Positions 8,170-17,802 of a DNA stretch of 64,000 nt are shown here, piece by piece. Numbering within the stretch: position 1 is the first letter of the stretch; every line of letters starts with the position of its first letter. Under the pieces are notes generated by a model. It searched no databases and was not told the origin of the DNA. It saw only the letters and a list, made by a program, of their open reading frames with translations. The stretch is from the NCBI GenBank assembly GCA_948465965.1, contig CAOJYR010000005.1:714-64713 (forward strand), given 5' to 3'. Both the position numbers and the translations under genes were made by a program. Origin of the DNA: an uncultured Mycoplasmatota bacterium. Lineage in GTDB: Bacteria > Bacillota_I > Bacilli_A > RF39 > UBA660.

Positions 8170-10479
8170 ATGTTAGATGAAATGATGTTAAAAAATTATA
8201 AATTGTCATTACAGCAGAAATATAATGCGGTTTGTTTTGACATAGATGGTACATTAACTGAAGTTAAATCTAAAAAAATAGATTCACGAGCAATCAAGAT
8301 GATTGCTGATTTATTAAAACAAAAGGTTCCTGTGGTTTTTATTACAGGAAGAGGAGAGACAGGATTAATAGATTTAAAAAGTGATATATTTGATAAATTG
8401 AAAGATAATTATAATATAAGTGATGCTGAATTTTGTAGAATGTATGTTTTAACTAATGATGGTGCAAGATTATTTTTTACAAATAGAGAAGATAAAAGTG
8501 ATATATTAAAAAACAGTGTGTATATTTCTTCTAAACAAGCATTAAATGAGTTGAAAGAATTCAATGTTAATATTATAGAAATTTTGGGACAAAAATCTTT
8601 GAATAATATATGTAATATTACATACTCCATGGATTCTAAAACTAATGATATAATAAATATTAGAATGGTTTTTGAAAATAAAAATGATCAATTAATTGAT
8701 ATGATTTTTGATATGATCGATGATATTCTTTCTAAGAATCAATTTAGTAATATTTGTATAACTAGAGGAATATATGAAGATAAAATGGTAATTCAGGTTG
8801 GTGTAGCTAAAAAAGATTTAGCAATAGATAAAGCAGAACGAATAATTGGCGTACCTAAAAATTCTATGATTAGAATTGGTGATTGTGGCGATATTCGTGG
8901 TAACGATTATTCTATGCTTAATTGTGAACAGGGGTATAGTGTAGATAAAATTAGTGGTAGTTTAAATTCATGTTTTCCAGTTATTAATAATAAGGGAGAA
9001 ATATTAAGGGGTGTTGAGGCGACATTATATTTAATTAAACATGCTAAAATCTTACCTACTATATGTTTAGAAAGTGCTAATAAAAATGATTATATTTATA
9101 ATTATGCTAATATTGAGAAAAAGATAATTTTTGGTAAGGATAATCATATTGAGTATTTTAATAAAATTATTAATGAAAATTTTAACATTATATATGGGAT
9201 TGATGATTTATTTGATAAATTTAGCGGTAGTGTAAAGATACCTATGTTTGAATGGGAATTGATAAAAGATAATCCATTAAAAAAATTTTGGTCTAATAAA
9301 GATGATGATAAATTGTTATATACTATTAGGGATGATAATAATTATCTGTTAAGAGGATCTAGTACCTACTATTATTTTCTTGCTAATAGAGAAAGTAATA
9401 GTGGTAATGATATAACGACAAAAGAAAATGTACTTAAGTGGTATTGTAATTATTTAAATTTTTTTAAGGATGCTTTTTTTGCTGTAGATAGTACTGATGA
9501 TATTAATAGTATTGAAAATAAAAAAATGATTTTGGGGTTAATGGATAATATAAGAAATGTTCTTTTAGTAATTATTAATCATAAACTTTATTCAAATTAT
9601 TCTAATAAAAGTGTTTTGTTAAATTTAGAATCTGATCAGTGTAGTGAATTATATAGTCTTTTATTATTAGTGGAAAAAGAAATGGCTAATTTATGTTTTT
9701 CAGGAAACTATAATTTATCTAAACTGAAAGTTTTAAATTTATTAGATATGATATATAAAAATATGTATAGTGAATATTTGATTATTAATAATAATTTATT
9801 GGATCAGGATTATTCTAAAGAATATAGGGCATATAGAGAAATAGATAATTTTGCTGAAAATTATATTACTATAGCTTTAAATAATGATAAAAATCAACAA
9901 ATTAAAAACTTTGGTGTATGTGGGTTAAGTTATGGTGGAACAGAGTTACCAATATTGTATAAAGTTATAAATGAAAATATTAAAGAGGTATTAATTTTAA
10001 AATTTAGTAAACAGGTATCTGGTTATACAAATAAGCAATTAATTGATCTTAGAAAGTTTAATATTAATGAACATGGTGGATTGTTAGGCTCTGATTTAAT
10101 ATTAAATAAAGAAATGTTATTATTGGATGATAATGTTCTAACTGGGAAAACCTTACAACTTGCTATAAATTCATTATATGATTGTAATTTTAATGTGAAA
10201 AATGTAAGTGTAGTAAGATATCCTGGTGTAAATAGAGTTGATCAGATGTTTATAGAGGGACATACTGCTGTTGATTACAATTTGTTTTTTGACTATATAA
10301 CGGGATTATGTTTTAATAGTCCATATAGTTGGAGAGATGAGAATGATTTAAATTTGTATGAGGATTCATTGGGCGTGTTTGATTTAAATAGAAAAAAGAT
10401 AATAGAATGTTTAATAAAGAATCATGATTATAATGAATTGAGTGAGGTTGCAGAATATAAAAGGAGAATATTAAAATGA
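8170..10479 (+). CDS. Fusion: N-terminal HAD-IIB (Cof-like) phosphatase + unknown helical middle + C-terminal type I phosphoribosyltransferase domain
   Basis: N-terminus has FDIDGTLTE, VVFITGRGE and GDCGDIRGNDYSML. C-terminus has the PRPP-binding loop EMLLLDDNVLTGKTLQLAI, preceded by GLSYGGTELP. Confidence 0.65.
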   Translation: MLDEMMLKNYKLSLQQKYNAVCFDIDGTLTEVKSKKIDSRAIKMIADLLKQKVPVVFITGRGETGLIDLKSDIFDKLKDNYNISDAEFCRMYVLTNDGARLFFTNREDKSDILKNSVYISSKQALNELKEFNVNIIEILGQKSLNNICNITYSMDSKTNDIINIRMVFENKNDQLIDMIFDMIDDILSKNQFSNICITRGIYEDKMVIQVGVAKKDLAIDKAERIIGVPKNSMIRIGDCGDIRGNDYSMLNCEQGYSVDKISGSLNSCFPVINNKGEILRGVEATLYLIKHAKILPTICLESANKNDYIYNYANIEKKIIFGKDNHIEYFNKIINENFNIIYGIDDLFDKFSGSVKIPMFEWELIKDNPLKKFWSNKDDDKLLYTIRDDNNYLLRGSSTYYYFLANRESNSGNDITTKENVLKWYCNYLNFFKDAFFAVDSTDDINSIENKKMILGLMDNIRNVLLVIINHKLYSNYSNKSVLLNLESDQCSELYSLLLLVEKEMANLCFSGNYNLSKLKVLNLLDMIYKNMYSEYLIINNNLLDQDYSKEYRAYREIDNFAENYITIALNNDKNQQIKNFGVCGLSYGGTELPILYKVINENIKEVLILKFSKQVSGYTNKQLIDLRKFNINEHGGLLGSDLILNKEMLLLDDNVLTGKTLQLAINSLYDCNFNVKNVSVVRYPGVNRVDQMFIEGHTAVDYNLFFDYITGLCFNSPYSWRDENDLNLYEDSLGVFDLNRKKIIECLIKNHDYNELSEVAEYKRRILK

Positions 10480-12437
10480 GAGTAGTAAGTATTGGAGATT
10501 TAGTAACTGATTATTATTATAAAAACGAAAAGTTGTTAGGTGTTAATGGAGGGATGACAGCTCATAACATTATTGCTAATTTATCTAAGTTTAAATTTAA
10601 TACTTCAGTGTATGCTGTTTGTGGTGATGATTGTGCTGGTAAGATAGCTATTAGAAGTTTAAGTGATTTAGGTGTTGATACATCAAATATAGATATTATA
10701 AGGAATATTAAAACTAGATGTTTTCATGTTTCTTATTTTGAAGATAATAATAAATTAGTATTTTCTTCTAAGAAAAGATGTCCTTTTTGTCATAATAAAA
10801 AATGGTATGAAGATAGTTTGATTAATACAAACAAAATATTAAGTGATGTTAAAAAAGATGATATTTTAATTTTTGATAATTTAAATATTAAAAATCAAGA
10901 AATAGTTGATAATCTAAATAATAAAAAAATAATTGATATAGGTCAATATTTTGAATTTGATTTATTAAAAGATGATGAAGTAATAAATAAGATAAAAGGT
11001 AAATTTGATATAATAAATTTTAATGAACGGGTTACAAAATATCTAATAAAAAGGTTTAATTTAAAGAGTGATTTGGATATATATAAATTGTTTTTACCAA
11101 AATTAATTACAATTACTAGAGGTGAAAGTGGTGCTACTTTTATATATGATAATCAAGTTTATAATTTTAGTTTGAATAATAAATCGAGTGTATTAGATTC
11201 AACTGGTGCAGGAGATGCTTTTATTGCTTCTGTTATAAAGGATTGGATTAAAAATGATTTTAAGTTTGAAGTAGATAAATTTTCTAAGTGGTATGATAAT
11301 TCTACAAAATTAACTTATAAGGTTGTTCAAAAAATGGGAGCTAGAGGACATTTAAAAACATTATATAAAATTAATAAAGTTAATGATTTTTGTACTTGTG
11401 ATAATTTTGTTATAGTTGAGAGAAAAAAAATAAAAAGATGTAATATTAATATAAATAATTTAGAAAAAAGACTAAAAAATGCTATTAGTTTATCTGTAAT
11501 TGATAAGCTTGATAATATAGGATTTAATGAAAACGAAAATTATTTATTTATAGGAACTGGTGGATCTTTTGCTGGTGCTAATTTTGCTTCTACAGTTATT
11601 AATAGAATGTATGGTTGTAATACGTATTCCCTATATCCAAGAGATGTTATTTATCGTAACAATAAAAAAATAGATAAGGCAATATTATTTTCTTATTCTG
11701 GTACAACAAATGATGTTATTAATAGCGTCTCAAATTTTGATAATAGTGTTAAATATCTTATTACAAAAGGTAATGTACAAGATATTGTCTTGAAAACTGG
11801 AATAATAAAGAGTAATATTGTAAGTTATAGAAATGGTAAGAATAAGGGAAAAGAAAGAGGTTTTTTATCTTTTGAGGGAGCTGTTGCTCCTGCTTGTATA
11901 TTTTTAAGATATTATTATAGTAAGGTAAATCCAGAGTATAATTTAGAATTATTTATTGATGATTCTATAAATTATTGGAAAAATTATTTTGAGAATTTAT
12001 TTAATAGTCAAGATATACTAAAATTATTTAGTAAGGAAAATACTATCAATATATTCAAAGGTGATAACACTAATTCTGCTTGTTTAGATATAGAAAGTAA
12101 AATTGTGGAGTCTGGTTTGGTAAATTGTATTGTTCACGAGAAAAAAAATTTTTCTCATGGTAGATTTATTAATTATGAGAATTTAAATAATAGGATTAGT
12201 TTATATTTTAAACAGAAGACAACTAATAAATATGAGAATAGACTTTTAGAGTATTTGAAAGATGGCAAGAATATAATTGTTGAAAGCAGATATGATGGTT
12301 TATTATGTGAATTTGATTTATTAATTGCGTCTCAGTTTTTAATATATTTTATAGGTAAAGGATTGGATATAGATGTTTCAAAACCAAAATATTCTGATGA
12401 TGCTATGAAGATATATTTTTATAAGGGAGAGTTATAA
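10476..12437 (+). CDS. Fusion: N-terminal PfkB/ribokinase-family kinase + C-terminal SIS (phosphosugar-binding/isomerase) domain
   Basis: PfkB signatures GDLVTDYY...GG and DSTGAGDAFIASVI. SIS pattern FIGTGGSFAGANFA ... ILFSYSGTTNDV. ATGA overlap with the upstream gene. Confidence 0.7.
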   Translation: MRVVSIGDLVTDYYYKNEKLLGVNGGMTAHNIIANLSKFKFNTSVYAVCGDDCAGKIAIRSLSDLGVDTSNIDIIRNIKTRCFHVSYFEDNNKLVFSSKKRCPFCHNKKWYEDSLINTNKILSDVKKDDILIFDNLNIKNQEIVDNLNNKKIIDIGQYFEFDLLKDDEVINKIKGKFDIINFNERVTKYLIKRFNLKSDLDIYKLFLPKLITITRGESGATFIYDNQVYNFSLNNKSSVLDSTGAGDAFIASVIKDWIKNDFKFEVDKFSKWYDNSTKLTYKVVQKMGARGHLKTLYKINKVNDFCTCDNFVIVERKKIKRCNININNLEKRLKNAISLSVIDKLDNIGFNENENYLFIGTGGSFAGANFASTVINRMYGCNTYSLYPRDVIYRNNKKIDKAILFSYSGTTNDVINSVSNFDNSVKYLITKGNVQDIVLKTGIIKSNIVSYRNGKNKGKERGFLSFEGAVAPACIFLRYYYSKVNPEYNLELFIDDSINYWKNYFENLFNSQDILKLFSKENTINIFKGDNTNSACLDIESKIVESGLVNCIVHEKKNFSHGRFINYENLNNRISLYFKQKTTNKYENRLLEYLKDGKNIIVESRYDGLLCEFDLLIASQFLIYFIGKGLDIDVSKPKYSDDAMKIYFYKGEL

Positions 12438-12496
12438 GATTTAGAAGTAAATAGGGTTAAAGGGTTGAATTTATAATTTTAGATAATTTAGATTAT

Positions 12497-12525
12497 AAAA
12501 ATGGATACAAAATATCCATTTTTTA
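12497..12525. terminator. Bidirectional terminator between convergent genes
   Basis: AAAAATGGATA-CAAAA-TATCCATTTTT hairpin flanked by A and T runs. Confidence 0.75.
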
Positions 12526-12530
12526 ATGTT

Positions 12531-12986
12531 TTAAATATTCATAAGATATATAGTTAATGATAAAATTGTTGCGAATAAAGATAGGAGTATATAGGGATTT
12601 AAATACTTTGTACTTTTTTCTTTTAAGTTGTTCGTCTCTTGATATAGAAATAGAGTGGATATGAATGTGGAAATACAAGAAATAAATCCTAGGAAATTAT
12701 TTTTTAGAATAAAGAAGAAAATTTGGAAACTTTGATTACATAAATAATTTATAAGTAGAGTTATTTTATATGAGAGGGGAATATCTTTTAATTTGTAGGA
12801 AGTTATTACTTGATAAATACTGATGGCTATTCCTATATAAGTTATTGTCCAAGCTATAATATAGAAGAAGTTTGGTGGGGCGAAAAATGGTAGGTTTAAT
12901 TCCTTATAATAATTATAATCGATTGGTAGTAGGGACGATATATACCAAGGAAGTAAGATAAGCAAGAATGTTACTATTTTTTTCAT
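12531..12986 (-). CDS. TspO/MBR-family membrane protein (Trp-poor variant)
   Basis: Five predicted TM helices. YYKELNLPFFAPPNFFYIIAWTITY matches the WY-x-x-L-x-KP-x-x-x-PP...W...Y family pattern. NQSFQIFFF and NPYILLSLFATILSL match later conserved segments. Confidence 0.55.
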   Translation of the reverse strand: MKKIVTFLLILLPWYISSLLPIDYNYYKELNLPFFAPPNFFYIIAWTITYIGIAISIYQVITSYKLKDIPLSYKITLLINYLCNQSFQIFFFILKNNFLGFISCISTFISTLFLYQETNNLKEKSTKYLNPYILLSLFATILSLTIYLMNI

Positions 12987-13055
12987 AATTACACCTCTTT
13001 CTTTATTTTATGATTTGCGTTATAATAGTAGTAGTATTTTTTGGAGGGGATTTTA

Positions 13056-14207
13056 ATGGATGCAGAAGTACTTATTGATGATAAAAATGTAATGGTTATG
13101 AAGTTACTTCATTATTTTATAATAGAAAAAAACTATAATCCTATTATCTTACAGGGGGTAGAGAATGAAATTTGGTTAGAAAATTTAGATGAGGATTATA
13201 AGGTTGTAAGAATAGTATCTGGATATATTCATAATGATGAGCAATTCAACTTTGATATTTTTAAAACAAAAAGAATTATGAAAAAAATAAAGAAAAAAAC
13301 ATTATCCTTAAGTATGAATTCTTTAAGTATATTCTTAGATTTGGGTGATAATGTATCGTATGACTTGGATTCTATTCATCATGTTTCTTGTATTAAAGTA
13401 AACAGTGAAGATGACTTTAAAAAAAGTGATTTAATCAAGAAATTCTTTCCTGATTTAACTCGCAAACTTAAATATAATGAGGAAGGAGTTGCTTTGTTCG
13501 CTAAGATTACTAGTGATATTAATGAGCATAATAAAAAAGACGCTAAAAAGATAAATGCAGTTTTTAAGAGTGATTTTCCTATGATTACTTATATGCTAAT
13601 TGCAATTAATGTTGTTTTATATGTTATTCCCATATTATTTGGTAATTATGATTCTTTAATTAATAATTTTGCAGTTTGGGGAGATGCCATTCGATCTGGT
13701 GAGTATTATCGTTTGGTGACTGGGATATTTTTACATGGTAATCTTTTACATTTGCTTTTTAACTGTTATGCTTTATTTGTTATTGGTTCACAAATTGAAA
13801 ATTTCTTTGGTAAAGTAAAATATCTTATCATTTATTTATTTAGTGGTATTGTAGGAGCTTTGTTTTCAATCCTATTTAGTAGTTATGCATCCATTGGAGC
13901 AAGTGGAGCTATTTTTGGTTTAATGGGATCACTTGTTTATTTTGGTTATCATTACCGAGTTTATTTAGGAAATGTTATTAAGAGTCAGATCATTCCTTTG
14001 ATTCTATTGAATTTAGTAATTGGTTTTTTGTCATCTGGAATTGATAATTTTGCTCATATTGGTGGGCTTATAGGGGGTAGTTTAATATCTATTGGATTAG
14101 GTGTTAAGGATAAGAGTAGTGGTTTTGAAAAGATGAATGGTTGGATTATTACAGGAATATTTTTAGTCTTTTTGATCTATATGGCTTTTGTATTTAAAAT
14201 GGCTTAA
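13056..14207 (+). CDS. Rhomboid-family intramembrane serine protease with cytoplasmic N-terminal domain (YqgP/GluP-like)
   Basis: Catalytic GASGAIFGLMG and AHIGGLIGG, plus HGNLLHLLFN. ATG 13056 follows GGAGGGG; the track starts at TTG 13041. Confidence 0.85.
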   Translation: MDAEVLIDDKNVMVMKLLHYFIIEKNYNPIILQGVENEIWLENLDEDYKVVRIVSGYIHNDEQFNFDIFKTKRIMKKIKKKTLSLSMNSLSIFLDLGDNVSYDLDSIHHVSCIKVNSEDDFKKSDLIKKFFPDLTRKLKYNEEGVALFAKITSDINEHNKKDAKKINAVFKSDFPMITYMLIAINVVLYVIPILFGNYDSLINNFAVWGDAIRSGEYYRLVTGIFLHGNLLHLLFNCYALFVIGSQIENFFGKVKYLIIYLFSGIVGALFSILFSSYASIGASGAIFGLMGSLVYFGYHYRVYLGNVIKSQIIPLILLNLVIGFLSSGIDNFAHIGGLIGGSLISIGLGVKDKSSGFEKMNGWIITGIFLVFLIYMAFVFKMA

Positions 14208-14275
14208 AATAAAATTATTGTAATTCATATAAATGTTTGTTAAAATTAAGTTAGATATTATAGTGAGGTGATTTT

Positions 14276-14530
14276 ATGTCACAAGATAAGACTAGTTTGT
14301 TTAGTGTAGATCAAATTGATACAGAGCTTACTAGAACTACTTTAAAAGAGGTATATGATGCTTTAGAAGAGCGAGGTTATAATCCTAGTAATCAAATTGT
14401 TGGTTATTTAATTAGTGGAGATCCAGGATATATTTCTAGTTATAAAGATGCTAGAAGTAAGATTCAAGAAATTGATAGAGCTAAAATCATTGAGATACTT
14501 TTAAGGGAATTTCAAAAGAATAATAAATGA
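14276..14530 (+). CDS. ireB: IreB-family regulatory phosphoprotein (UPF0297/YrzL)
   Basis: 84 aa with EVYDALEERGYNPSNQIVGYLISGDPGYISSYKDAR. Conserved position upstream of ruvX. Confidence 0.85.
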   Translation: MSQDKTSLFSVDQIDTELTRTTLKEVYDALEERGYNPSNQIVGYLISGDPGYISSYKDARSKIQEIDRAKIIEILLREFQKNNK

Positions 14531-14946
14531 AGTATTTAGGTTTAGATTTAGGAAGTAGAACCTTAGGTGTTTCTGTTAGTGACAAAACAGGGCTAATTGC
14601 GACTAGTTATAAGACGATTAGGCATAATGAAGAGTATAATCGTTTAATTAAGGAAGTAGTCCATTTAGTGTCAGAGTTAAAAATAGAAGCGATTGTTTTA
14701 GGATTTCCAAAGAATATGAACAATACGATTGGTCCTAAAGGAGAACTTAGTTTAAAGTTTAAGGAAAAATTAGAACGTGTTTTAGATATACCTATTTATT
14801 TGCAAGATGAAAGGCTTTCTACTAAGAGTGCTACTGATATGTTAATTATGGGACAAGTTTCCCGTAAAAATAGAAAGAAAGTAGTCGATAGTGTTGCGGC
14901 AACTATAATATTACAAACGTATTTAGATAAGGAGAAAAGATTATGA
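14527..14946 (+). CDS. ruvX: YqgF/RuvX putative pre-16S rRNA nuclease / Holliday junction resolvase-like
   Basis: LGLDLGSRTLGVSVSD, DERLSTKSA. ATGA overlaps on both sides. Confidence 0.9.
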   Translation: MKYLGLDLGSRTLGVSVSDKTGLIATSYKTIRHNEEYNRLIKEVVHLVSELKIEAIVLGFPKNMNNTIGPKGELSLKFKEKLERVLDIPIYLQDERLSTKSATDMLIMGQVSRKNRKKVVDSVAATIILQTYLDKEKRL

Positions 14947-15233
14947 AGAAAAATACTTTTTCAATGATAGATGAAAATGGAAATGAGATCGTGTATGATG
15001 TATTATTTACTTTTGAAAGCGAAGAAACAAATAAGAATTATATAGTTTATACAGATAACTCTAAAGACGAAGTGGGAAATGTTCAAGTGTTTGCTTCTAC
15101 TTATAACCCTGATGATCCTAAGAGTAAATTAGAAGCGATTGAAACTGAAAAAGAGTGGAAAGTTATAGAAACTATTTTAGATACTTTACAAGAGGAAGTT
15201 AGAAAATCAGTAAGTAAAGATAATGAGCAATAG
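14943..15233 (+). CDS. DUF1292 (YrzB-like) protein
   Basis: DENGNEIVYDVLFTFESEETNKNYIVYTDN. Conserved position between ruvX and mltG. Confidence 0.8.
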   Translation: MKKNTFSMIDENGNEIVYDVLFTFESEETNKNYIVYTDNSKDEVGNVQVFASTYNPDDPKSKLEAIETEKEWKVIETILDTLQEEVRKSVSKDNEQ

Positions 15234-15260
15234 CTCTTTATTTTTTCTGGAGGGGATAGT

Positions 15261-16337
15261 ATGGCAGTAAAAATACAAAGAAGACCAAAACCTTTATTAA
15301 TTATTCTTGTAGTACTTGGTAGTTTTTTAATATTACTAGCGGGAGTTTATATGTTTTTAGCTAGTCCAATAGATTCTAGTGACAAGAATGATATAGAGGT
15401 GGTAATACCTAGTGGTACTGGTGTTTCAACAATTGCATCCATTTTAAAAGAAAAGGATTTAATTAGAAGTAAGGGCTTTTTTAGTTTTGTAGTAAAGATA
15501 AATACTAAAATTTCTTTAAAGGCATCTACTTATGATTTGAATAAATCTATGTCTATGCAAGAAATTATCGATATTCTAAGTAATGGTAATAATTATAATC
15601 CTAATAATGTGAATATTACCTTTAAGGAGGGCCTTAGAATTACTGATTATGCAGAGGCAATTGCGACGCATACAAATCATACATATGAAGAAGTTATTAG
15701 CGTAATCAATGATAAAAATTATATTACTGAGTTAATTAGTGAATATTGGTTTTTAACTGATTCTATTTTGGATAGTAATATTTATTATCCTCTTGAGGGA
15801 TATTTATCACCTGATACTTACCAATTTAAAGATAAAGATATTTCTATTCAGGATATTATTCGGGTAATGTTAGAAGAGACTGATACAAAACTTAGTCCTT
15901 ATAAAGATATAATATCTAATGATGTTCATTCTTATATAACAATGGCATCTATTTGTGAGTTAGAGGGGACAAATGCTAAGAATCGAAAAATGATTGTAGG
16001 TGTATTTAATAATCGATTAGAATCTGGAATGAATTTGGGAAGTGATGTTACTACTTATTATGCATTACAGTATCCTATGACAAAGGATTTAACTTCTTCA
16101 CAGTTTGCGACAGTTAATCCTTATAATACTAGAAGTACTACAATGGCTGGTAAATTACCAATTGGTCCTATATGCAATCCAAGTCTTTCTAGCATAGATG
16201 CTAGTATTCATCCTACTAATAATGATTATTTATATTTTGTTGCGGATAAGCATGGTCAAATATTTTATACTAAAACAATGGCTGAACATGAAGCTAAAGT
16301 TAAAGAAATTAAAGAAAAGGGGGACTGGATATGGTAG
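15261..16337 (+). CDS. mltG: Endolytic murein transglycosylase MltG (YceG-like)
   Basis: N-terminal TM segment, then an YceG-like body with ASICELEGTNAKNRKMIVGVFNNRL and LYFVADKHGQIFYTKT. Confidence 0.85.
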   Translation: MAVKIQRRPKPLLIILVVLGSFLILLAGVYMFLASPIDSSDKNDIEVVIPSGTGVSTIASILKEKDLIRSKGFFSFVVKINTKISLKASTYDLNKSMSMQEIIDILSNGNNYNPNNVNITFKEGLRITDYAEAIATHTNHTYEEVISVINDKNYITELISEYWFLTDSILDSNIYYPLEGYLSPDTYQFKDKDISIQDIIRVMLEETDTKLSPYKDIISNDVHSYITMASICELEGTNAKNRKMIVGVFNNRLESGMNLGSDVTTYYALQYPMTKDLTSSQFATVNPYNTRSTTMAGKLPIGPICNPSLSSIDASIHPTNNDYLYFVADKHGQIFYTKTMAEHEAKVKEIKEKGDWIW

Positions 16338-16924
16338 AAAACTATCCTGTTATAAAAAGAATTAAAGAATATGCAAAAGAAAATAAAATCCCTATTATGA
16401 TGGATGATGGAATTGATTTTTTAACTACTTTTATTATAAAAAATCAGGCAAAAAACATTTTAGAGATAGGTACTGCCATTGGTTATTCTGCTATTATGAT
16501 GTGTTTATGCAGTCCCAATGTTGTTGTTACTACAATAGAGCGTGATGAAAAAAGATATTTGGAAGCTCTTAAGAATATTAAGGAACTTCATTTAGAGGAT
16601 AGAATCACTTTAATATATAATGATGCTTTGAATGTAAAACTTAGTGAGAAGTATGATCTTATATTTATTGATGCAGCTAAAGCACAAAGTATAAAGTTTT
16701 TTGAACTTTTTGAGCGTAATTTAAATCCAGAGGGTACTATAATTACTGATAATTTAAGTTTCCATGGTCTTGTTGATAAAAAAGACGAAGAGATTAAAAG
16801 TAGAAATGTTAGGGCTTTAGTTAGAAAGATCAGAGATTATATTGATTATTTAAAAAATAATTCTAAATATGAAACAGAATTTTTTGATATAGGAGATGGA
16901 ATTTCTGTAAGTACTAAAAAATAG
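16331..16924 (+). CDS. trmR: Class I SAM-dependent O-methyltransferase (YrrM/TrmR-like)
   Basis: SAM motif ILEIGTAIGYS and FIDAAK. Same position as B. subtilis yrrM. Confidence 0.7.
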   Translation: MVENYPVIKRIKEYAKENKIPIMMDDGIDFLTTFIIKNQAKNILEIGTAIGYSAIMMCLCSPNVVVTTIERDEKRYLEALKNIKELHLEDRITLIYNDALNVKLSEKYDLIFIDAAKAQSIKFFELFERNLNPEGTIITDNLSFHGLVDKKDEEIKSRNVRALVRKIRDYIDYLKNNSKYETEFFDIGDGISVSTKK

Positions 16925-16956
16925 ATTGTTTTTATCTATTAAATGAGGTGAGGTTC

Positions 16957-17793
16957 ATGAATAATTATTTTCAAATACTTGCTTGTAATGAAGTAGTTGG
17001 AACTTGTTGTAGTGATTATGGTCTTGTGACTATTTTAGATATCATGCGACAGTTTTTAGAGATCATTCAGATTGTCGTTCCTATTATACTAATTGTAGGT
17101 CTTACTATCCAATTTACTCAAATGATGATAAGTCCTGATAATAAGAAAGGTCCAAAAAGTTTATATAATCGATTGGCTGCAACTGTGATTTGTTTTTTCT
17201 TACCTTTTGTTGTTAATTTGGTTTTGAGTATTCTTCCAAATACTTTTCAAATTTCCGCTTGCTGGGAAACAGCAAAGGCTTCTAAAGAAGTTTTAAATAG
17301 AACAAGTGATAGATATATTTCTCCAACTGATAAAAAAGCAAAGAAAGTTTTAGTGGCACCAGAAGATGATGATAGTGATTCCAATGGTTCTAGTAATTCT
17401 AATCAAGGTGGAATTGGTCAAGGAAGCTCGACGGGTAAAGCCATTGTTCAATTAGCTGAGAGTTATGTTGGTGGTAAATATTGCTGGGGAGGAAAAGATC
17501 CGAATATTTGTGCAGATTGTTCAGGTTTTGTATCTTATATTTTTGGGCGATTTAATATAAATTTAGCATCTTCTACTGTTTCTATGTGGGCTGATACTAG
17601 TAAATATACTTTGGTAACAGATGGTAATATAAAGGCTGGAGATGTTGTTATGTATCAAGGTCATGTAGGTATACTTACTGGTAATGGCAATGAAATTGTG
17701 CATGCCAAGGGTGATAAATATGGTATTGTTGTCGATTCTAATTATAAATATAGTCCTGTTAAAGGTATTATGCGAATCAATGGAGTTAACTAG
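16957..17793 (+). CDS. Fusion: N-terminal two-TM pilin-like (VirB2-like paralog) module + D/S/G linker + C-terminal NlpC/P60 endopeptidase
   Basis: C-terminus has the P60 catalytic pattern GGKYCWGGKDPNICADCSGFVSYIF...GHVGIL...VHA. The N-terminal ~105 aa align by eye with ORFs 40934 and 41369. ATG 16957 follows GAGGTGAGG. Confidence 0.8.
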   Translation: MNNYFQILACNEVVGTCCSDYGLVTILDIMRQFLEIIQIVVPIILIVGLTIQFTQMMISPDNKKGPKSLYNRLAATVICFFLPFVVNLVLSILPNTFQISACWETAKASKEVLNRTSDRYISPTDKKAKKVLVAPEDDDSDSNGSSNSNQGGIGQGSSTGKAIVQLAESYVGGKYCWGGKDPNICADCSGFVSYIFGRFNINLASSTVSMWADTSKYTLVTDGNIKAGDVVMYQGHVGILTGNGNEIVHAKGDKYGIVVDSNYKYSPVKGIMRINGVN

Positions 17794-17802
17794 GAGGTTG
17801 TT

